Origin: Tetramitus jugosus
Taxonomy: Eukaryota; Protista; Heterolobosea
Assembly: GCA_937625935.1 (NCBI GenBank)
Contig: OW569372.1
Span: 124,001 to 188,000, forward strand
Direction: 5' to 3'
Length of the DNA stretch: 64,000 nucleotides
The notes beneath the pieces are model-generated. The model worked only from the letters and a program-made list of their open reading frames with translations, was not told where the DNA came from and searched no databases. Below, piece after piece: positions 30,741-40,500 of this stretch (its first letter is position 1; each line of letters begins with the position of its first letter). Both the position numbers and the translations under genes were made by a program.

Positions 30741-33700
30741 CTGTTTGCAGTCCTTTGATTGCTGGTAGAGTCTGTGAAGCGTTGTGATGCAGCGACTCTT
30801 CACCCAGCACACAAAACTACGGGCCTTTCGATGCGCTACTTCTTGTTTCATCCCATTTTTCATCAGCGCATCCGTCACTTGGTCGACAGCACCGTTCTCT
30901 AATCCCATCATTCCCATGAGGTACTCTCTGCTCGACTTCCTCGGCATGGGCCACATGAATCCGTTTCTGAACAGCACTTTGTCAAACCATAGGGAGATGG
31001 AGGACTCTCGATGTAATGGAAGTTTGAGCAACTTGTTGTAGACTTCCAGGACGAGTCTTCTCCTGGCATCAATTGCATACTGACACCTGACAAGGCAATG
31101 GAGGATTGTATCAGGTTCGGTGCCGCATCTCGGGCATAGATTGGGGTCGTCATCATCGTACAAATAGTTACATACCACTCTGGTGTGCAACGTACCACTA
31201 CGTACTTGAGCGTGGAACCATTCCAACCGGCGATCAACAACAAATGGATTCTTGAGAAAGTCGAACTGATTCTTATGTTCCATCGCAGCGACTTGCAACC
31301 ACCATTGCGGATTCCGACAGATGAACGCCTTACGTTCCTGGAGGAACAATTCCTTCAGATCTTCTTTTCCCCTTGCATACTTACCATTGAATCTGATGGT
31401 ATGTATGAACCCCTTTGTTTGATGCAACTCCAAATTCATGCATTCTGGCATTGCCATCACCGTGAGGGCCACCTCCTGGTAGGTTTTAGGCCCAAACCCC
31501 TTGCCAACCTCGGTTTTTAGTGACTCGAAGCTCTTGATTCTTCCCTCATGAAGTAGTTGTTGTTTCTGATACAGTCCAGCCCTACTGAGCAGTCTGAGGG
31601 ACCTAGCTGGCAAGTAATTAGATAATTTGCACCCTTCACAGCGGCTATGGGAGTCATCAGTGATGATGATTCCCTTCTCGTGCAGCCTCATTGCGCACCA
31701 TTTCATGAAAGAGTGTTTGACTTCCGTAACTCTGTGGTCCGACTGGAAGACGTTCTCCGACCGGAACGTGTAGTGTTTCTTGATGTACTCAAGAGTGTCC
31801 ATCCACAGAACGTTGGCTTCTTTATCTCTCTTCCCTCTCATCATGGATTTCACGAAAAGAGCTGTGCGAGTAGCAACTGCTTCCGAGAAGTTATCCAAAC
31901 CAATGGATCCCCACTCGGGACCGATGTATAGTAACTCCGTCGGATATCTCAACATAGCTGTTGAACCATGTTTGATAAGCCTCTTTCCAACCATATTCAC
32001 ATCATCCATCGATTTCATCGTCCATTTTGTGAATTCACATGCGTACAAAAAGATGGGGTGTACACATGCGTTCACGACACGTGCAACTTGCCTGGGACCC
32101 AGATTCAAGACTTTGAGACGTTCAATGACTCTTCTGGCTTTAACCTTTGCTTGAGCAATCTGCTGATCAGTCTTGCCTTGGAGATTGAGAAATAGTCCGA
32201 GTGCACGGAAGTGCACCTTTGGACCTTTGGCAGGCACTCTGGAGTTAGCTACCATAATGTCGTGCTCTTCAATATCGTCTCCTGGCTGTCTGACAAAGAG
32301 TTCGAGTTTGTTTGGGTGCATCTGCATCCGCAACATCTCCAATACCCCACTCATATCATTGGCAATGCGCTCTATATCTTCCTTGGATTCTGACACAATG
32401 TTGCAGTCATCAACATACGCAATGTTCCAGATCTTTTGAGAGAGCGCCTGGTATCCAATTGCTCTACGTTGTGCGAACATGAGGACTGTTTGATGTACCA
32501 ATACATATGTAGTGGGAGACAACGAGTCCCCTTGTCTCGTGCCCTTGTTGATTTTGAAGGGTCTCGAGAGTTGTCCTGCCAAAACTTGTGCCTCATTGTT
32601 CGACACCATATCAGTGACTAACTTGGCGATGTTGTCTGGGTAGCCGAAGAAATCGTAGACGGCACGTATTGCGTTATGTGGGACTGAGTCAAAAGCCTTC
32701 GAGATGTCTGTTAACAAAAGGTATAGTTGTCTCTGCCTCCTATTCGCGTCATCGACAATTCCTCTAATTATTGACAACTTTTCTCTAATATCTCTCATGC
32801 TGCGTCCACCTCCTTGTGTCTCATTAAAGACTTCGCAATTCTCTGCTGCCAACGAGACTCTCTTGTTGAGTAGTCTCGTGTAAACTTTTGACAGAGAGCT
32901 TAGCAGGCTTATCGGACGATAATTATCGAGCGTTCTGCTGTCGCCTTTTTTGTAAGCAGGGATGATGATACTTCTTTTCCACTCAACCGGGAACTTCCCG
33001 GATCTTGTGATGTTGTTAAAGAAGTGAGTGAGGGTCTCTGCTAGTTCTCTACGACAGTCGCGGTTCTCGATACGTGGGAGCTTTAACATTTCGTTCTTGA
33101 TTCCGTCTATCCCCGGTGTCTTGTTGTTTCTTAGCCATCCGAGAGCTTCATTCACTTCCTCAATTGTGATGGAAGAGAATGCTCTTTCCATCTCAATGGG
33201 CTTCTTGTTAAATTTCAACTCGGATAGATACGACATGTCCGCAATCTCTTCAGAGAAGGCCTCCTCGAAATGAGTCGCTGCACTCTCTGCAACAGCTCTA
33301 TTGTCATGGGTTATTCGTCCTGCACTCTGACACGAGTTGTACCTGACTCTTTTGGCCTTCTTTGCTGTCGATGAAGCAAAGAACAGACCCGAATTGATAT
33401 GCTCGGACGTTCTCGCTTTCCAGAGCCACTTGCGGAACTGGCGATCATGTGTCCTGCGCCTCTCAGTGTGTAAGAGTTTGTCAACCTTCATAAGTGCTGC
33501 TAACACACTGGACTTTGACTTGACCCCTTGTAAGCCATACTTGTTCAGGAGATTGTCCAACTTTGGGATGGACAATGTGCTATTCGTGATTGAATCAATC
33601 AGCACTGCCCTGTGCTGTATAAGCCGTCTGGTCCGTCTATTCTCCCTCACTCTCTTTTCCTCTTTCCTAACTTGAAAGCATTGAGCGTGTTTAATGATCG

Positions 33701-34562
33701 TGGAGGTAATGAGATCGCATTGCATATTAACATCACTAATGTCCGCGATACTGTGTTTTTTCAAATCATTTAACAGTCCTTCCGCGTATCTCGTCCACTT
33801 TGGGTCATCCTTCTTGCTTGGGAAACAATGAGTTATCAGGATGGGTCCTTGGCTCCTACTGACAGTACTCGGAACTTTCAGTTTTACCTCAATCGGTAAG
33901 TGGTCACTCCTAATACCGTTCTGAGAATAGATTCCAACACTCTGGATGTCGACTAATGTTTTCCTGTTGCACCAGACTGTGTCGAGTCTTGATGAGACAC
34001 TCTCTCGGAAGAATGTGTGAACTTTAGGCAGACCGAGTGCATCTTGGACATCAAGTAGAGCAGAAGCGTCCATTGCAGTTTCAAATAGTATGCTGTTACT
34101 ATCCAAACGGCCAGATGATCTGTCTGTTCTTTCAATTACTGTGTTATGGTCTCCCCCCATTAACACTTTGCTTTCAACGCTGATCATGTTCAATATAACG
34201 GAGAGTCTTTCGTAATGTTCCTCACTCCTCACATGTGGGCCATAATGATTGACCAGTGTGTAACTGGTTGAACCGATACTGATGCTCAGGACTTGTATTC
34301 TGTCGCTGGAGTGGGTGATTCCATAGCTGTCCACTGAAGTGACCTTGATGATTGTCGCTACATACTTACTTGGTGTGTCGCACAACAGGACACAATTGAT
34401 TCTCTCCAGCTTTCTGTTGACCTTCTCACAAAAGTGTTCATCCATTTTGCATGCTTCCTGGATCATAATCACATCAATATTCTCTGTCGTTAGAATGTTA
34501 ACGATATCATGGATCTTTCCTCTAATCCCATTGACATTGTACCACAGGATTGTCAAACTCAT
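30738..34562 (-). CDS. Retrotransposon ORF2: AP-like endonuclease, reverse transcriptase and CCHC zinc knuckle
   Basis: EN: YNVNG, IQE, GGDHN, SRLD, SDH. RT: NYRPISLL, DISKAFDSV, GTRQGDSLSP, YVDD. C-terminal CPRC...HCLVRC. Confidence 0.98.
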   Translation of the reverse strand: MSLTILWYNVNGIRGKIHDIVNILTTENIDVIMIQEACKMDEHFCEKVNRKLERINCVLLCDTPSKYVATIIKVTSVDSYGITHSSDRIQVLSISIGSTSYTLVNHYGPHVRSEEHYERLSVILNMISVESKVLMGGDHNTVIERTDRSSGRLDSNSILFETAMDASALLDVQDALGLPKVHTFFRESVSSRLDTVWCNRKTLVDIQSVGIYSQNGIRSDHLPIEVKLKVPSTVSRSQGPILITHCFPSKKDDPKWTRYAEGLLNDLKKHSIADISDVNMQCDLITSTIIKHAQCFQVRKEEKRVRENRRTRRLIQHRAVLIDSITNSTLSIPKLDNLLNKYGLQGVKSKSSVLAALMKVDKLLHTERRRTHDRQFRKWLWKARTSEHINSGLFFASSTAKKAKRVRYNSCQSAGRITHDNRAVAESAATHFEEAFSEEIADMSYLSELKFNKKPIEMERAFSSITIEEVNEALGWLRNNKTPGIDGIKNEMLKLPRIENRDCRRELAETLTHFFNNITRSGKFPVEWKRSIIIPAYKKGDSRTLDNYRPISLLSSLSKVYTRLLNKRVSLAAENCEVFNETQGGGRSMRDIREKLSIIRGIVDDANRRQRQLYLLLTDISKAFDSVPHNAIRAVYDFFGYPDNIAKLVTDMVSNNEAQVLAGQLSRPFKINKGTRQGDSLSPTTYVLVHQTVLMFAQRRAIGYQALSQKIWNIAYVDDCNIVSESKEDIERIANDMSGVLEMLRMQMHPNKLELFVRQPGDDIEEHDIMVANSRVPAKGPKVHFRALGLFLNLQGKTDQQIAQAKVKARRVIERLKVLNLGPRQVARVVNACVHPIFLYACEFTKWTMKSMDDVNMVGKRLIKHGSTAMLRYPTELLYIGPEWGSIGLDNFSEAVATRTALFVKSMMRGKRDKEANVLWMDTLEYIKKHYTFRSENVFQSDHRVTEVKHSFMKWCAMRLHEKGIIITDDSHSRCEGCKLSNYLPARSLRLLSRAGLYQKQQLLHEGRIKSFESLKTEVGKGFGPKTYQEVALTVMAMPECMNLELHQTKGFIHTIRFNGKYARGKEDLKELFLQERKAFICRNPQWWLQVAAMEHKNQFDFLKNPFVVDRRLEWFHAQVRSGTLHTRVVCNYLYDDDDPNLCPRCGTEPDTILHCLVRCQYAIDARRRLVLEVYNKLLKLPLHRESSISLWFDKVLFRNGFMWPMPRKSSREYLMGMMGLENGAVDQVTDALMKNGMKQEVAHRKARSFVCWVKSRCITTLHRLYQQSKDCKQ

Positions 34563-35677
34563 AGCTGATCGTTGTTGTCTTCATCCACCATTGTTGTTTC
34601 CATGGTTGCCATTCTAGGGTTTACCTCAACAATATCACTCATTCTACCCAATCTAGGTGGTGTCCTTCTCCTTTTCTTGATCGTGTATCTATCTAACCAG
34701 CTACCTCCTCTTTTTCCGTTGTTATTCTTAGGAGTCAAGACTTCCTTTTGTATGGTGTTTCTGACCATGCTAGTGATGAATCTTTCAGCTTCTGGGCTGA
34801 GCCCGCTCTCTGTCGTGTTACTACTGTTACTGGTTCTGTTAGGTGTTGATGGTGATGGATCATCGGTGGTATCACCACTGATATCCATTCCATTGAGCGC
34901 TTCTTGATTTGTTACCTCTTGATTTTGTTCTTCTGGGTCATTGCCCTCGATGCTCGTTACCTGGGTTGGTACATGCCTCTTTCTAAGGATTTGTACAGAC
35001 TTCTTGTTCCTTTCCATCGAAAGTTCCTTGATTTGCTTCTCTAATGCTTCAATCTTACTGCTTAGACTCTTCACCATGTCGACCAATTCATATTTGATCT
35101 TGAGCATCCTCTTTCTTGTTTTCTTGTTCGTATCTTCGGTTCTTTCTACATACTTGCTTACAGATCCATTTGGTACTTCAAGTGATTCCATCACTGCCTG
35201 TGCATATGATTTTGATTGCATGGTGACGAACGCTGTACTACCATTGATTGCCACATGCTTAACCTTATCGTTACCGATCATAGATTTGATATCGTTCTCT
35301 GTTTTGCCATTGACATTGTGGACAACAACTTTCTTGTCGTTGTCTATACCTCTCTTCACCTCGGCTCTCATATGAGGGCTACTCTCTTTGTTGAAGAGTT
35401 CAACAAAATCATACAAATTATCATCCTTTACATTGGCCCAAGCGATAAATCGTTCCTTGTCTCTTTTGATCACTTGTACTCTCATCAACCAGCCTTCATG
35501 TCTCATAGCAATCGACTTCGCAATTGTGCTTGCGGTCCTTTCTCTTTCTACACCCTTAATGACTACTTCTTTCTCGTTCATAACTCCCCGTGGCATTCTC
35601 GTCCAGACAGAGTACCCGTCCTTGGTATACTCTCTAACCTCCTGAGAGGATGGAATTGTTTGCGTTTTTTTCTGCAT
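34559..35677 (-). CDS. Retrotransposon ORF1: RRM-like domain(s), coiled coil and disordered basic tail
   Basis: KKVVVHNV...TAFVTMQSKSYAQAVMESL (RRM-like); LVDMVKSLSSKIEALEKQIKEL (coiled coil); lies inside the TSDs, upstream of ORF2. Confidence 0.88.
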   Translation of the reverse strand: MQKKTQTIPSSQEVREYTKDGYSVWTRMPRGVMNEKEVVIKGVERERTASTIAKSIAMRHEGWLMRVQVIKRDKERFIAWANVKDDNLYDFVELFNKESSPHMRAEVKRGIDNDKKVVVHNVNGKTENDIKSMIGNDKVKHVAINGSTAFVTMQSKSYAQAVMESLEVPNGSVSKYVERTEDTNKKTRKRMLKIKYELVDMVKSLSSKIEALEKQIKELSMERNKKSVQILRKRHVPTQVTSIEGNDPEEQNQEVTNQEALNGMDISGDTTDDPSPSTPNRTSNSSNTTESGLSPEAERFITSMVRNTIQKEVLTPKNNNGKRGGSWLDRYTIKKRRRTPPRLGRMSDIVEVNPRMATMETTMVDEDNNDQL

Positions 35678-35739
35678 TTTTTTTTTTTTTTTTCAGGCCT
35701 CGCGGCGTGGGTTTTGCAATGAAGAACCTTCCGATATGA

Positions 35740-35810
35740 GCATCTGTAGTGTAGGGGTATCATGCAGCGTTGCCATCGCTGCGACCCGGGTTCGAATCCC
35801 GGCAGATGCA
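35740..35810 (+). tRNA. tRNA-Gly(GCC)
   Basis: Acceptor stem GCATCTG/CAGATGC plus A; anticodon arm CAGCG-TTGCCAT-CGCTG; T arm CCGGG-TTCGAAT-CCCGG; TTTT terminator. Confidence 0.97.
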
Positions 35811-35829
35811 TTTTGCCCGCTTTTTGCAG

Positions 35830-37471
35830 TTATACCTCTTTTATTGTGTCCGTTATCACTAGTTGATACTTTGATTGTTCTTCGCTCCTCACATCAGAGA
35901 AAAACTGTAATTTCGCAAGGATTGTTGAGAGTTCGTGGTTCGAGTTGTTGACCAAGCGACGAAGGAACTGCTGGACGGATTCTCGAACTCGTTTCTCATT
36001 GTCGTTGCATCCTCTGAGAATTAAGCGAGAGATGGATGTGGTATTTTCTCTGATCATATCGAGGTTAATTCTACTCAGAGCTAAGTACGATTCTGTTCTG
36101 ATTCTTCTGTCCTTGTCCCGAGCTTTTGACATGAGCAGGTCAATGAACTTTCTGCTCACCTGATTCTGTTCAGAATAACAAGTGTTCAACAAAGCTTTGA
36201 ATCCTTGATATCTAACATGTTGATTAGGATCAAATTTGACTACTTTGAGTAATTGATCCTCAACATAAACATCGATTTGATTTGAATCATGGGTATTCAT
36301 TCTGTGAAAGTCGTAACGGAAGTAGATACTCTGTATAATTTGGATACAACATATTCTAACCTCTTGAGACTTGTCTGTGAATAGGATAGATTCCACAACA
36401 AAATCTTGCAAGATTGAACTGAGCCTTCTCGAATCATCGCTGAAAAGAAAACAGAGCATTCTCAACATTGTTGTTTTCTCTTTGGGCTCTGTCATTTCAG
36501 CCAGTAGCAACGATCTTGAAGCTTGCCAGACCAGATTCGACATTTCTTCTTGGTTCGTAATTGTCTTTTGAACTACATTGACGACAAGTCGAATCATGTT
36601 GAGAGCCCGATGATTAGTATCAGCGCAGTTGCGAGAAGATCTTCTGTTTCCTTGATTCTCATTGAACTGTTGGACAATCAACCATAACAACTTGTTCATT
36701 CTTTTGAGAAATACCACCTTGTCTCTCTGGCCAAGGAATTCCAAGATATTAGCAGCTGAAACTTGATTGTCTTCACAAGAATTAGTATACCAATCCTTAT
36801 GAAACAAAGGTCCTAAGTCCCCAGAGTACTTTACAATTGATTTGTCAATACCATCAAACGAATTCAACTGGAGACTATGGATTAACGAATCAAATGCACA
36901 ACTGATGGACTCATTACCACTCGACACTACAAGTTTCAGAAGAAACATAAGGAGATCATTCCTTTCTTGGATCGTTAGAGAAGATAGATATGACAAACTT
37001 TCACTATGTCTCCTCCATTTTGATTGATAGCTCTTCCACTTGACATCACTTAGAAAGAGATGACAATAACAGAACGAGAGGGTGGCTTGAGTGTCTTTGG
37101 AGGTCAAGGAAGCATCAACAACTACGGACGGCGAGGGCTGAGTCCACTTCTCCTGAACAAGAAGATAGCTCTTGTGAAGAATTGCCAATGAATTCATATG
37201 ATGACCATCGAGGGCATTCTCATTGTCTTGGAGGTTTTCGTCTGTAGGAGAGAATTGAGTCAAACTTTTGAACAGGAGAAGAAACTTGGATGGGAGATTT
37301 CCATCCTGATCTTCATCAAAAAAGTAAGTGTTCAAGTTTGTATCAAGCTCTTGATGGATCCTATGCCAAGAGAATACAATGAGCTGAACAAAGAATGTTT
37401 TGAAAAGAGAGTAGAAGAAAAACATACTCATTGAAATTCAAAGGGTCGAGAACCAAGACAGATAGAGTCAT
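35830..37471 (-). CDS. HEAT/ARM-repeat protein; short first exon, intron ~37362-37427
   Basis: C-terminal HEAT units (LFTDKSQEVRICC, VKFDPNQHVRYQGF, KARDKDRRIRTESY, GCNDNEKRVRESV). Confidence 0.7.
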
Positions 37472-37542
37472 ACTTTGGTGTTTGATTTTGATTTTATTGT
37501 CGAATACACAAAATTCGTGTAATTGTTCGAGAAAAAGATCGA

Positions 37543-40500
37543 CTAAAGCGAGTCTTGTTGTGCATACTGGGGCACAGCATTCTCATTGAAGGTTGGTGGA
37601 TCATCAAAGAAACCAGAATTCTCTGATACATAGGTGATATTAAAGTCGTATGCTTCCTTCATTTCCACGTCTGGATGACTTCTCATTTTCTTTTGGCTCC
37701 TCCTCACGTAAAGGAAAATCAATGCGATACCCACTAGGATAAACAAGAGTAGAACGATGCAGACAGCCACTAACGCATAGAGAACATAAAGACCTGCATA
37801 GTTTTTGGACTGAGTAGGATAGATTTCCCCAGGGTCTTGGAACAAACGAGTGGAATTATCTGTGTTGTTCACAACAACAAATGCAATATTCAGAATAGGA
37901 TATCCTAAATGTCTTGCTAAATCTCCATTGGAAGCCTTTGCACTCAACAGTGAGAGCACTCCATGTAGCGCTTCGGTTTCTGCTTGAAGTGAAGTAGAAT
38001 TGGTCTTATTGTTTGATAAAATTGGAGGTTCAATCTCGAAGTCAACGATTGTTGAGCCTCGACGTATATCCACGATACGAATCGAACTTTTTTCGATTCC
38101 CAAGACGGCTGCCATGTTCTCAACAAAGTTGTTCTCAAAGAACTTGTCCAAATCTACGTCCATTCTGATTGAAACTTGAATGATAGGAACCTGCAACAAT
38201 TCAACATAATCACCACCTCTCACAACAAAGATCAAGATTCTCTTCTTGTAATCGAAGTAGTTAGCACCATTAACATCAGATGCAACAGGGCTTGAGAGAA
38301 GCTTAGCAGCAATCAATCTTCCATTGGAATCGTAAACTCTTACTTTGGATGGATTTGTGTACTTGAGAGAGCAGACAATGGATGTCGAGGGAAGAGCACC
38401 GGGCAAGTGGAACATCATGTTAGTAGGATTGGTACCTGTGAAAGATAATTCATAACGAACTCCATTTTCGACAAGTGGCCAGAACGCAGTTAGTCTGAGA
38501 TGACTGGTGTAATCCAATTGCCATCGATGATCCTGAGGGTTGTTAAGAAAGTCTGTCAAGCCTGTATTTGTATTCACGACCTTCAAAGGGGCAACTCTTC
38601 TTGTCAACGCATCAGGATCAAGACTATACAATAGTAACTGGAGCCATTCAAGATTTTTGCATTGATAGGCATTCCAAGACGGAATAAGAGAGCATCGAGA
38701 AGGATCAACAATATTCGGGTTGTAACTGACGACTGAGGATTGCGCTCCTGTACCGGTAAGAGTCCCATCGATATCCTTAAATGCCACCTGCTTCAACCCT
38801 TCACAATCCATTGTTCCACAGTCATCTTCGTTCCTCCAAGCTGGGTTAGGATTATCGATATAGAATCTTGCATTTTGATCGACATTGATCCATGTCGTCT
38901 CTCTGAATGATTGAATTCTCACAACGTCAGGTCCCATTGGATTTGCTTTAAAAGCTTGGTCCACCATGTTATTGCAATTTCTCTTCGGTTTCGTGAAGAA
39001 GTTTGCAAAGGTGATCCTATTCCATCCGTCCTTACCAAAAAGAGAAGGATCATGAACTGGCTTCTCCCACGGTAGCATGGATTTCGTAGGAGGAATGATC
39101 TTACCATCTTCATCATGAATGGCAGTATAAGCTCCAACTCTCGAGTAACAATCAACATTTGTTGAGGGGTCATAGTTGTTGCTCTCTCCGACAAACACAG
39201 AGTCCTCAACGAGAGAGTACTGATTCTGATCTCCATACCATGCAACATTGAGAGAGCTGCCAATTCCGGTATCTAATGACACTAGATTTGAAGCTTCTAC
39301 TGATGCGTGAGTGAAGTGCAGGAAAGCGATGTGGGATGTCTTGCTAACGAGCCACTTGGAAATCTTATGACATTTTTGAGTAGTGTTAGTCATGTACACA
39401 CCGATCCAAGCACCATGAACTTCATTATCTAAAAATCTCAAATTTCTAACATCTGTATAGCAACTGTCAGCTTCAACAAGAAATCCAAAGTATTCACTAC
39501 CAACTGCGATATTGTTCTTTGCAATATTATTGCGTCCTCTCATATCAAAGGATGCAAACGGTCTCAGTTCTTTGTCAGCATATGGCAAATGCTCGGCCCA
39601 TATTGCTATATTGTTGGTCAGGGAATTCGACTCGGTATCTAAACTGCAAACAAAGGCAGACGTAATGGTTTTGAATACCACATTTCTATCAATCTGAACA
39701 AGATTAGTTGATTGAATTAGGATAGCATTATTAAAACCGTCATGGATTGAACAATTCGAAATGAGTTGATCTGAAGCATCGAAAAGTCCTTTGAACACAA
39801 TACTTGCTCGATGATTGTCAAATTGACCAGTGTTTCTAATTTCAACTCCACTAAGAGATGTGGTTCCTCTATCAATGTCGTACTGCCCAACAAATATATG
39901 AGCTCCAAATTGTTCGCTAGTGTTTGAACCCTGGATTACGATATTGCGAGAGAGCAATGCTACTATTGCTCTATTGTCCAGAGATCTTGAACCCACATTA
40001 AAGAGAGCTCCGTGGTGTCTGTATTGTAGGGCGGAGTTTAAACCTAGGACCGTGTTTCCATTTTGTGAACTGATAGATGTTATCACTCGCTTCTCGGAGT
40101 GCACGAGATTTGATGAAGAAGTACCGATTACAATTGTTTCTCCCACTTTCCAATCAACTTTTCCTTCAACTATTATTCTTAATGCCCCAGAATTGGAGGT
40201 GGAAGCTAAGCGAGAGAAGATGGATCTGGAGGGACCGAAAAGTTTGAGAGCTCCAAAGTTGGCTAGTACCTTCGGACCTAAGTCAAACTCTTCTGCTATT
40301 AGCAAAGGAAACGATTTGCTGGTTCCATGAAGTGTAATAGTAGCACGATATGTAAATGGTTGATGTTCATCTCCGATCTGCAATGTACCATTCCTTAGGT
40401 AGATTGTGTCCGCATCAAGTGTTAAGTCTTTGTTATCAAAGATTAAGGTTCCCTGAATTTCGAGATTTCTCAATTTTGGAGGACTGATATCCATGATCAC

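Larger units (their letters stand above)
30595..35693 (-). mobile_element. Intact full-length APE-type non-LTR retrotransposon (about 5.1 kb) inserted 46 bp upstream of tRNA-Gly
   Basis: 14-bp TSD CAGGCCTCGCGGCG at 30581-30594 and 35694-35707; 3' A24 tail (T 30595-30618) after AATAAA; two uninterrupted ORFs; 5' oligo(A). Confidence 0.97.
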
